From Eledone cirrhosa (lineage: Eukaryota): DNA of 64,000 nucleotides. Both the position numbers and the translations under genes were made by a program. This document shows, in pieces, positions 13,412 to 24,311 of this stretch. The notes below the pieces were generated by a model. It was not told the origin of the DNA and did no database searches. It saw only the letters and a list, made by a program, of their open reading frames with translations. How positions within the stretch are numbered: position 1 is the first letter of the stretch; every line of letters starts with the position of its first letter. Location: contig CAXHJY010000225.1 of assembly GCA_964016885.1 (NCBI GenBank), forward strand, positions 1 through 64,000. The letters are read 5' to 3'.

Positions 13412-14054
13412 TAAAATAAAGTTAAATAAAAGTCAAATGATTAAAATTTAGCTTCGTTTATTACTGCTATATATATTTCAGTGACAGCCATCTTTGGCTG
13501 TGACCTCTTCAGGCAGTTTGAATTAGTATGGTATAGACAAGTACATATGTTGTTTAGGTGTATAATATTGTCAATACTCTGATATGCACAGTTCCTTGTT
13601 GGGTTGTTAATTCACTGAGGAACTGGAGTCATATGAATTCAAACAAACGAATTTCAGTGTCAAAGGTCCCCTTCTCCTCTCATTGGTCAGTTATTAGAAC
13701 ATTCCTCATTCTAAGTGTTGTTATTGTTGGAGTTAACTTAAAAATTGATAAAATGGTAGAAGGGACAAGGTGTTAAAGGAACAAAATAAAAAAAAAGTGA
13801 CAAAAACTTCCCATTGGTCAGTTCTGAGAGCATTCGACTCCAGTTCCTCAGTGAATTAACAACCCAACAAGGAACTGGGCATATCAGAGTATTGACAATA
13901 TTATACACCTAAACAACATATGTACTTGTCTATACCATACTAATTCAAACTGCCTGAAGAGGTCACAGCCAAAGATGGCTGTCACTGAAATATATATAGC
14001 AGTAATAAACGAAGCTAAATTTTAATCATTTGACTTTTATTTAACTTTATTTTA
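13412..14054. mobile_element. Inverted-repeat element related to the PLE terminal repeat (pLTR): arms 13412-13630 and 13836-14054
   Basis: Reverse-complement arms of about 219 bp. The HHR region and the actgaccaatg motif are shared with the Penelope-like 3' end at 53600-53830. Confidence 0.85.
13949..14003 (+). ncRNA. Type I hammerhead ribozyme motif (mirror at 13463-13517, minus strand)
   Basis: actgc-CTGAAGA-ggtcacagcca aaga tggctgtcact-GAAA-tatata-TA-gcagt-AATAAA. Confidence 0.85.
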
Positions 14055-14161
14055 TATATATATATATATATAATGGAAAATTTGAACAGGAACAAAACAG
14101 AGAGGCAGTACAACGAATGTTTATTAATTTCATGCTCTTGAGAGTGGGGTGGTGGTGGGGA

Positions 14162-14194
14162 ACGACGTTTCGGGCATAAGCCCTTCTTCAGGTG
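14162..14194 (-). ncRNA. Minimal hammerhead-like motif
   Basis: Minus strand: ac-CTGAAGA-a-gggc ttat gccc-GAAA-cg-TC-gt, with AATAAA about 40 nt downstream and then (TA)n. Stem I is only about 2 bp. Confidence 0.55.
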
Positions 14195-14765
14195 AAACGT
14201 GTGTGGGAAGAGAGTTCAAAGGGTGTGTAGGGGAGTGGTGGAGAGACATATAGCGAAAAGGGGGTGGGAGGAAACGGTGCAAATGAAATTAAAAATAAAA
14301 GCATGATCAAAATAAAATTAAAATGGGGTAAAACAGGTGGTGGAAGGGTGTGGGGCGTGTAGGGGTGGTGGCGGGTGGAGTGGGGAGAAGGAGACGGGGT
14401 GTCCGAGCGGGGAGGGCTGAAGGTAGTGTGTGTGTGTAGGTGTACGTGTGTGTGTGTGTGTGTATGTGAAAGCAAGGGTTGGGGGAAGAACGGGGTTGCA
14501 TGTTCAGGAAGAGGTGTGTGTGGGGTGGGGTGTAGGTCGGAGTGTGTGTGCGTGTGTGGATAGAGGGGTGGGGGGAGAGGAATCCGGAGGCTGAATGTGT
14601 AAATATGTGGTGGAACGCACGTGTGTGTGGGGTTTAAGCGTGTTGTGGGTGTAGGTGGTCTGTGGGAAAAAACATGTTTTTTGGGTGTGTGTGTGGGTGA
14701 GTCAAAAAGGTGATTCCGTACGAAGAGGTTGTGGAATGGTTGGTAAAATCCTAGGATGGTAGTTG

Positions 14766-14835
<70 letters not shown>

Positions 14836-14838
<3 letters not shown>

Positions 14839-15545
14839 CTTTAGGTTTGTTGGTTCCCCACTGGATAGAATTCCGTATGGTCAATCTTGGTGTAATATTG
14901 TAGAGAGTACTCAACGTAGTGCAGATCACCCGCCTTCGTTTGTGTAGTTGGTGGTGCCAATTCGGAGTTAATTATAAATAAAATAACAGGAGGCTGGAGT
15001 GGTGTAAATCCTTGGAAGGTTTATTATACTATGATCATTTCAATGACCGGGTTCCATATGAATCCGGTGATATCATCAGGTATTCGAAATATAACAAAGG
15101 CATATGTAAAAACCATGGGTCCGAAAAATCAGAGACAGAGAGGACGACTGACCAACTAGCTGCCTTCACCTCGGCCAGTCTCCCTCAAAGGCAGAGAGGG
15201 AGACTGGCCGAGGTGAAGGCAGCTAGTTGGTCAGTCGTCCTCTCTGTCTCTGATTTTTCGGACCCATGGTTTTTACATATGCCTTTGTTATATTTCGAAT
15301 ACCTGATGATATCACCGGATTCATATGGAACCCGGTCATTGAAATGATCATAGTATAATAAACCTTCCAAGGATTTACACCACTCCAGCCTCCTGTTATT
15401 TTATTTATAATTAACTCCGAATTGGCACCACCAACTACACAAACGAAGACGGGTGAACTGCACTACGTTGAGTACTCTCTACAATATTACACCAAGATTG
15501 ACCATACGGAATTCTATCCAGTGGGGAACCAACAAACCTAAAGAA

Positions 15546-15546
<1 letters not shown>
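14836..15546. mobile_element. 711-bp near-perfect palindrome (arms about 351 bp, 9-nt spacer) with an HHR in each arm
   Basis: The mirror ORFs 15012+ and 15185- share the same N-terminal sequence; (TA)n flanks both ends. Confidence 0.92.
15299..15356 (+). ncRNA. Type I hammerhead ribozyme motif (mirror at 15026-15083, minus strand)
   Basis: atac-CTGATGA-tatcaccggattc..gaacccggtcatt-GAAA-tgatca-TA-gtat-AATAAA. Confidence 0.8.
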
Positions 15547-15570
<24 letters not shown>

Positions 15571-15576
<6 letters not shown>

Positions 15577-16232
15577 TTGGAAGATCACTGATGAAGGACT
15601 AACTTTATTCATATGTAACCCATTAGCAACCACGCACCACGTTTATTCTCATATTTACACATATTTTTTCCCCCGCTATGACCCGTCTATTTCGTTCTTA
15701 CTGCTTCCTCTTTCTCTGTATCTTTACCCTCTCTAACAGTCACTCTCTCTGCTAACCTCTTCCTCACCCTTCACTCACTCACTCTCTGTTACTACCTCTC
15801 CTCCTCCTCCTTCTTCCCGTTTGACCTGTACGTAATTCTTTTCTTTCGCACCCTTGGTCTGGCAGGTTCGCTTTTTTTTCTCTCTCTCGTCTACGATTTC
15901 ACAGAACTTATGTTCACCGAATTCACAGACTAGATTCCTTCTTCCTCCCGTTAGACCTGTACGGAATTCCTTCCTTGCTCACATTCCAACCAGGTTTGAT
16001 GGTCTTTATTCTCTCTCATTCACGATTTCACCGAACTTATATTCATGGAAATTTGGGACTTGACTCCTTCTTCCTCATTTTTCGTTGCTTCACCATCTTT
16101 GTTTGTTTACACTCTCGTGTCCCCTTTATTTACGTGTCCCAACGACTTTTTTTAGCCGTTGCTCGCACCAACCGGAGGTATATGGTCTTTAAAGCGATGA
16201 AATACCAATGATGGTTGGAAGATCACCGATGA
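15571..16232. mobile_element. (TA)n-flanked element with a terminal direct repeat of about 43 bp
   Basis: tgatggttggaagatcac(t/c)gatgaaggactaa(c/g)tttattcatat at 15571 and 16189. Confidence 0.55.
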
Positions 16233-16375
16233 AGGACTAAGTTTATTCATATATATATATATATATATATGTGTTAGCTACCATTGTTTTATTCTATATC
16301 TATCCTCCAGGCTAAGTTAAACTCATCACCAACTCTAACATCTTTTACATTCACATCATTTCTTTCTTTCCTTAC

Positions 16376-16404
16376 ATCTCTCTCTCTATCTCTTTAGCTC
16401 TCTA

Positions 16405-16476
<72 letters not shown>

Positions 16477-17674
16477 GCTCTCTCTCTCTCTCTCTGTAGC
16501 TCTCTCTCTCTCTCTCTCTTTAGCTCTCTACCTTTCTCACTCTCTCTCTCTATCTCTCTATCTCTCTATCTCTCTTTATCTCTCTCCTTATCTCTCTTTT
16601 TATTTCTCTTTCTCTCTCTCTCTTTATCTTTATATATATATATATATATTTCCTTCTATCTCTCTCTCCCTCATTCTTTCTATTCTTTCTTTCACTGTCA
16701 TTGTTTATCTCAGTTTCTTTCTTACATTCTTCCTCGTTCTCTCTCTCTCTCCCCCTCTCTCCCTCTCCCTCTCTCTCTCTCTCTCCCTCTCTCTCTCCCT
16801 CTCTGTCTCTCACTCCATCTCCCTCTCTCTCCCCCTCTCTCTCCCCCTCCCACTCCCTCTTCCTCCCTCTCCCTCTCTCTCCCTCTTCCTCTCTCCCTCT
16901 TCCTCTCTCTCCTCCTCTCCCCTCTCTCTCCACTTCCCTCTTTCCTTCTCTCTATCGTTCAATATCATTGGAATACAGTTGTTCCAATAATTCCAGGTCG
17001 GCATCTCTTTGCTTCTGGCTTGTCTTCTTGTTGTTGTCATTGTTGTTGTTGTTCTAGTTGTTGTTGTTCTAGTTGTTGTTGTTGTTCTAGCTGTTGTTGT
17101 TCTAGTTGTTGTTGTTGTTGTTCTAGTTGTTGTTGTTGTTGTTGTTCTAGTTGTTGTTGTTGTTGTTGTTCTAGTTGGTGTTGTCGTTGTTCTAGTTGTT
17201 GTTGTTGTTGTTGTTGTTATTCTAGTTGTTGTTGTTATTGTAGTTATGTTGTTGTTATTGTTGTTATTGCTACGGTTCTTTTTGTTATTGATCTTTTCCT
17301 GTTGCTCATGTCGACGATGTTTTGTATCTGTAATACAGTATTGTTTACTAAGATATCGATCTGTTATCGATTTCTTCTATGTCCGTGTACTTTAGTGCAG
17401 ATCAAATATTTGGACAGTGGATCATCAGAATATATCTGGCCTCCGTTATATTACTTATTGTTTTACTACTACTAGGTACACACATACATACACACACATA
17501 CACACACATACACACACACATACCCATACATATACACACATACACATAGCACGTATATATACACACACATATACACATACATATACACAGATACACATAC
17601 ATACACACACATACACATACACACACATACCCATACACATACACATATACACATACACACACATATACACACAT

Positions 17675-17705
<31 letters not shown>

Positions 17706-17808
17706 TAGACACATACACACACATATACACACACACATATATATACACACATACACACACGTATACACATATACACACACATACACATACACACACATAC
17801 ACATACGC

Positions 17809-17841
<33 letters not shown>

Positions 17842-18220
17842 TACACATACACATACACACATACACATGCATATACACATAAACACACATACACACACAT
17901 ACACACACACAACACACGTACACACATACATACATACACATACAAATACACACACATACACACACAACAGACATACACACACACATATACATACACACAT
18001 ACACACACATACACACACACATACACACATACGCACACATACACACACACATACACACACATGCACATCCACACACATACACACAAACACATACATACAC
18101 ACATACACACACATACATACAGATACATACACACACATACACACATACACATACACACATACACACACATACACATTCACACACATACACACACATGCAT
18201 ACACATACACATACACACAA
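16376..18220. repeat. Compound low-complexity block: (CT)n, (GTT)n with periodic CTA, and (CA/TA)n
   Basis: Read directly: about 16376-16955, 17030-17290 and 17478-18220. Confidence 0.95.
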
Positions 18221-18226
18221 ACTTTG

Positions 18227-18287
18227 TATTTTATCTGATGAGAGCGTTCCAAAGTTTTGGTACCCTTAAAATATATATAATAGAATA
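18227..18287 (+). ncRNA. Decayed hammerhead motif (GAAA changed to AAAA)
   Basis: tattttat-CTGATGA-gag...ctt-AAAA-tatata-TA-atagaata. Downstream sequence is homologous to the 8442 family. Confidence 0.55.
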
Positions 18288-18422
18288 AATATGGTTTTAT
18301 AAATATAGTTTCTATTTATTTAATATCATTGGATATTATACTCCCGAAAACTGTCGAGTGCTCTGAATCAGTTATAAACATTTATATTTGTTGAATTACC
18401 AACAAATTCAATATCCCTTTTG

Positions 18423-18489
<67 letters not shown>

Positions 18490-18526
18490 GTAGAGGTATC
18501 CACTGTAAGTTGTGGGGTCTATTCTG

Positions 18527-18657
18527 ATTGCTTTTGAAAACAGCTGGTGATATGCATGTAAGTAAATATTCTCTCTATCTGATAGTTTGTATCTATACTC
18601 AATAAGTGAGTATAGATACAATGTATTATCACCATCTAGAAACGATCGTAAAGCAGT
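18527..18657 (+). ncRNA. Hammerhead motif with U3:A8 core (TTGAAAA) and a branched stem II of about 100 nt
   Basis: attgctt-TTGAAAA-cagctggtgata...tatcaccatcta-GAAA-cgatcg-TA-aagcagt. The 3' half is repeated at about 31918-31960. Confidence 0.65.
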
Positions 18658-18691
18658 GAAGTATATCTCTTTTTATTTCATTGTTTTAACT

Positions 18692-18754
<63 letters not shown>

Positions 18755-18881
18755 AATGTATATATAGTGTATTTTGCCATACACTGTATGCTTAATTAAA
18801 AGTATTTTGAAGACCATACGCTATTGTTTTAAAGTAGCGACATTGTCGCTTACTTAAATTCTCGGCAGACAGGAGGAGATA

Positions 18882-18924
18882 AGTTGACAGCGCTGTTTCG
18901 TACTAATTGGTACTTGTCAAAACT
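18882..18924 (-). ncRNA. Hammerhead motif with U3:A8 core (TTGACAA)
   Basis: Minus strand: agtt-TTGACAA-gtac caatta gtac-GAAA-cagcgctg-TC-aact. Confidence 0.75.
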
Positions 18925-19226
18925 CACTACTCACCCCGTCTGCCGAAAATTATGTGTGTTGGATTCTTATAGAATTCCAGTAATAATCAGGAACTGATTT
19001 TACAGAGCGGTCGCCGGCCCAGCAGAAATTGAAAATTAGAATTGGTGCTCTGAAATAACGATATATATATGAATGTATATGTATATATATATATATATGA
19101 ATGTATATATAGTGTATTTTGCAATACACTGTATCCTTAATTAAAAGTATTTTGAAGACCATACGCTATTGTTTTAAAGTAGCGACATTGTCGCTTACTT
19201 AAATTCTCGGCAGACAAGGGGAGATA

Positions 19227-19269
19227 AGTTGACAGCGCTGTTTCATACTAATTGGTACTTGTCAAAACT
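19227..19269 (-). ncRNA. Hammerhead motif with U3:A8 core, second tandem copy
   Basis: As 18882, with a G-U wobble at the base of stem II. Confidence 0.72.
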
Positions 19270-19338
19270 CAAGACAGAGCATTATATATTAATAAATGAT
19301 CGGAGGCCATATTCAGTTGATTCAGGTTTATTTAAAAC

Positions 19339-19398
19339 ACTGTTATACATATTTCTCTAAGGAATATCAGTTAAGATAGCCTGAGCTCTTCAGACGGC
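19339..19398 (-). ncRNA. Hammerhead motif (partly decayed)
   Basis: Minus strand: gccgt-CTGAAGA-gctcagg...ccttaga-GAAA-tatgta-TA-acagt, then AATAAA. Confidence 0.55.
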
Positions 19399-20379
19399 AA
19401 AACCGAAAATAAACATTGAAAGTTCCTAAGAAACCTTTAAATTTAGAAAAATCTAAATAGAGGACACTTGCGTATGGTGTCATGCAGTGTCGCCGAATCT
19501 GTGTCAACGAGGTTGTCATGCCAACAGTCATGCTTGGTTACGATAAATGACACCCAATACACACAGTAAGGTAGTTAATGTTAGGAAGGCTTCCAGCTGT
19601 AGGACCAGACTAATCTGGAACCTATGAGGAAGACGAAATCTCTTCAAGCCCTCTAGTTTCTGACCGTATCAATCCGTCAAGCCCATGCTGACATGAAAAG
19701 ATGTAAAAAGAATGAGGTAGACATGAAAAATAAAATGACAAAATCAGAATTAAAAAATCTAAATTCAAAGTTTTTTTTATGAAACCTCCCCCAACTCCGC
19801 CAAAAGCAATAAACAAGATAGTTACAAGAAATATTTGAATTCAATTTTGTTGTTTGGCCTCGAGGTTTGTGAAGTAAACAATTATAAGAGATCAAACGAG
19901 CGACGAATCGCTTAAATATGGCAGTCAATATCTGGAAGAGAAAAGAGATGAAGAGGAGAAAGTATGAGAAAGAAATAAGACAAACAATACTGTTTACTGA
20001 ATGAGACGTCTCATATAATATCTCACTAATGTGTTATATATTAGTTAATTGTTATCATCTAGTTATTATGATATTGTGTAATATTGATTCCAGGATATTA
20101 TATAAATTATTAACTAAGGGAATATGTTCTTTGTTCCTATCTAAAGCTGCAGAAGCTGCTACTATACAAATATTAGATGTTATGTGAGGAGGAGGTGGTG
20201 GTGGAGGAGGTGGTGGTGGTGGTGGAGAGGGATACGAGATTGATTTTTTACAATACTGAAGAATTTACGCTACCCCGCCCCCACCGAAGCTAATTCTACA
20301 AACCATATAGTCATCTTCAACGCCGCCATTGTTTCATCACAACAATACTGTCTCCAACTGAAATACAATATTATAAGTT

Positions 20380-21772
20380 CAGAGTTCAAATACCCCCGAG
20401 GTTAACTTTGCCTTTCATCATCCTTACGGGGTCGATAAAATAAAGTACCAGTAATGCACTGGAGTAATTGCTGGCCTTGTGCCTATATAAGAAACCATTA
20501 TTATAAGGTGATAGATGACCTCACAAAAAATGAACTCCAGATAGTAAAAACAGGATATGAAATAGGCAGCTCACATATTACTTTATTTTTATTTTTTATT
20601 TTATTTTTATATTCTCTCATCTCTGTCTATCTTGTTTTCCCCCTCAACTGAGCTGACATGGCTTGCTAGCTCTACACAGACCTGTAAAACGATTTTTATA
20701 TCTATATTCACTTATGTGTATATCTTGATTTTTTTTTTGGGGGGGGGGGGTTATGTTTCTCAACAGTATGAAGTACTCAATACCTTCCCCTCTAGTCTGT
20801 CATGACTTACTAGCTCTATACAGACGTCTGTTGTATCTCAACAGTAAGAAGTATTCAATACCTTCCCCCCTAGTCTGTCATGGCTTACTAGCTCTATACG
20901 GATGTTTAAATTGATGAAATAAATAAGTGTGTACATTGAACTAGCAACCTACGAGGCTGTCTTATGTCTTATAAGGGTTTCAGTCCTATTAGGTGGTTAC
21001 GGTCTCAACTAATGCTGGCCTCTGGTGTGATTACATAACATAGGTTTTCTGGGAGTTTTAATGGTAGCTGCCCCACTCTTATTATGTCAATCAACAAAAA
21101 TAACGAAAGGAAGAGACTTTCTCAAAAACACAAAGCACCACCCGGTCCAAGAATCGAACCCAAAACCAGACGATTGTGAATCTAACACCTTAACCATTAG
21201 GCCACATATTTCTGCAGAGACTGTATTAATTGTTACATATAATTCACAGACAGCTTTCTGTTGTTTTCATTAAGGTTTCAAATCTAAAATAATTATATAA
21301 CATTTTTTAAATTTTTCTACACTTCACTGCGCTGCGTTCTAATCTGCCTGAAGAATAAAATATATTGGTTTGGCAGTATCGCTAGAGCGTCAGACACCAT
21401 GCTTTGCAACATGGAGTTACGGTCCTTTACGGGCTAAGTTCAAATCCCGCCGAGGTTAACTTTGCCTTTGATCCTTTCGGGGTCGATAAAATAATACTGG
21501 GGTCGATTTAATCGACTTTCCCCTCCCCCAAATTACTGGCCTTGTGCCTATACTAGAAATTATTATTATTATTATTTGGGTCAGACAGAATGGTGTGTGA
21601 CATTCATTACATCTGGTTATGTTCTGAGTTAAAATCCCGCCCAGTTTAGCTTTCGTCTTTCATCTCTACAGGGTCGATAAAATAAAGTACCAGTAACAAA
21701 CTGGTGTTGATTTAATTGACTTTCCCCTCCCCCAAAATTGCTGGCCTTGTGTCTAAATCACAAACCATTATT
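20380..21772 (+). mobile_element. Cluster of SINE family A copies (about 20380-20500, 21368-21565, 21590-21772)
   Basis: B box GTTCAAAT(C)CC and the GGGTCGATAAAATAA...GGCCTTGTG core in each copy. Confidence 0.8.
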
Positions 21773-23144
21773 ATTGTTTATAATTTTAATTCGATATATG
21801 AACGAGGAGTACTACTCTGCGTTCAACCCAATAATCGTTTCTTTCCGTTTGAATAATTAATCACCGGTGACTAATTATAATTACTCACTATTACACTCCA
21901 GAGAATTAACATCGTCCTCTTCTTCCAATACCTCATGTTGGTGTAATTAATGGTTTACATTACATGACGATAATAGATTAAGTAAAGGTTTCACAATACT
22001 TCCTCTATACCGACAATATATGATCTCCATGTTCCTCTCATAAAGGTTTAGCTGAACTCCTTCGATGGTGCACCACATAGGAAGTTCCTTGGATATTTTA
22101 ATGATAGGAGATTCAGCCCTATCATAAAAAAGAACATGAAATGATTTTGTTGACGAACACAACGCTCCAGGAATCGAACCGACGACTTTATGATCATTAG
22201 TCCAACAGCTTAACCACTAGCTACGTGGTTTCATATCAAATGCATTTAGACGTTAGAGTATGGTTTAATGGTAATGTTATATCTTGCAGATTGATGGAGC
22301 ACATAGCGGTTCCGTTAGAGTCTCATCCATTATAGAGTGTTAAATGCTGTCTCACGACAAACAGCTGCTGTTCACCGTTAAAGCTATAAACAACCTAGAT
22401 AAAACAGATGAGCGCAGCATCTTGGATTTTTCCTATTTCCCCTCAAGAAAAAAAATCAGGATTTTTCTTTGTCAAAGCGAAATCAATTATAGAATTTTCC
22501 AGCTACATAAACATACACACGCACATATGCATACTGCTCATTAGATTAAAATGCATAATATTAACCGATTTAAATAATACCACCAACTATTTAAGTACAA
22601 GATTTGAAGTTTTCTGCAGATGCAGTCATGTGAATATATACACAAGGAATAAATATATACATTAATAAAAAAAATATATCATTTCCAGTGATTGAAATAA
22701 TATTACCAACTATTTAGATACAAGATCTGAAGTTTTCTGTAAATTCAACCACGTAAATATATAAACACATTAAGGAAAAACTACATCTACCGAGTTAAAT
22801 AATATTAGCAACTATTAAATAGTCGCTAATAGGAAAGCTGAAGTTTTCTGCAAGTGTAGTCACGTAGATAAGTTTTCTTTAATAAATTACAGCATGATAA
22901 TTACATACAATTGACTCACTGATCGTAAACTGCAATATCAACCGGAAGTTTTACAACATTCCAGATGTTTACAATATGTTTTTTTCCAGATGCCACATAA
23001 AATATGTTTACATTGCAGATTACCCTGCTTTCTAAATTTTCCGATATTTATTTTCATGATGGCTGATGGTTAAATGTCTGCGTGGTTAAAGAGTTAAACC
23101 AGCAAACACATGCTCCTGGGTTCAATTCTACTGCACAGCACCTT

Positions 23145-23194
<50 letters not shown>

Positions 23195-23258
23195 CGAGCT
23201 CCGAGTTGACAAATGTCTTATTAATGGAACTTGTTGGACGGTAAATTCAGAAACCTGT

Positions 23259-23327
<69 letters not shown>

Positions 23328-23949
23328 TTATATCCCATAAATTAGCGTTTCGATAAAAGGAGATCGATTAAAGAATCTTCCATCCCGGTTTATACCAGAG
23401 CCTTATATTCCAAACATTAGTTTTATAATGAGAATTTTTACTTATGTTACTAAAACAATCTAAATTCTAAATTATTTTGGAAATGATTTTAAAATTATAG
23501 GCAGTCTTTTATTGGAAATGTGTTCCAGAAATGAAATAAATACGTAGTTGTATCGATATGGTCGATTAAATGAAAATGGTGCTCCAGCATGACCACAGCC
23601 TTGTTACACTAAATCTCCCATGAGAAATGTGGAAAGAGTACACGTGTGTTTGGGCCATTGCGTGTTGATACTACTAGCAGTCGGTTTCGTTCATCAGTCA
23701 CCTGGAATACTTGTCCTCCAATCGACGAAGGCCCAGTATAGCGTCCTTCACTAGAAACAGAGTATTTAGGTGTTTCCATAGATAAACCTTTCAATCGAAA
23801 TCTAATTCAATATTCTCCCAGATATACAAATTGATACGAAACTATCATTCGATCTGCGAAAGTTAACAGCCACAATTTCCTTCAAGTTACACCACAACAT
23901 TAAACAAAAGAAACACTACTGTGATTAATCTAGTTTTAAGCATATTATA

Positions 23950-24311
23950 TCTTCTTCTTCTTCTTCTTCTTCTTCTTCTTCTTCTTCTTCTTCTTCTTCT
24001 TCTTCTTCTTCTTCTTCTTCTTCTTCTTCTTCTTCTTCTTCTTCTTCACCCAGCTAGTCGTGGGGGCAGGGTCCTCAAGTACAGTTGGTCTTTCCAATAA
24101 CTACTGTCTCCAATTGAAGCTGGATCCTCGAGCGAGACCAGCCGAGGTGATGGTTGTTATATAAACATCTTAGCCGGGGTCAGTTGGCTCTGCTTGTAAA
24201 ATCTGCTGCGCACGAAAGTGGTTTGGTATGGCACCGGGTGGTAGGAGAACCCTTGGTTCAATCACGTTATCAAATCTGCCATCCGAGCAAAAGAAGGGCC
24301 TTATAAAGCTT
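23950..24311 (-). mobile_element. Possible retroposon 3' end with a (GAA)n tail
   Basis: A GC-richer segment of about 260 bp abuts (TTC)n at 23950-24047. No protein motif was recognised. Confidence 0.35.

Larger units (their letters stand above)
18752..19270 (-). mobile_element. Retrozyme-like partial tandem: 345-bp period with two HHRs
   Basis: Direct repeats at 18752-18925 and 19097-19270, each containing a minus-strand HHR. Confidence 0.7.

Noticed and set aside
17352-17432. Minus-strand CTGATGA...GAAA-tcga(t)...TA HHR-like motif; similar weak cases at 12340-12410, 37945-38005, 40510-40566 and 54225-54310
   Set aside because: Stem I or II does not pair convincingly, or core bases are missing. 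They may be decayed copies and were not counted.
23685-23702. CTGATGA-AC-GAAAC on the minus strand
   Set aside because: No room for stem II and no UH or stem I; a chance match.
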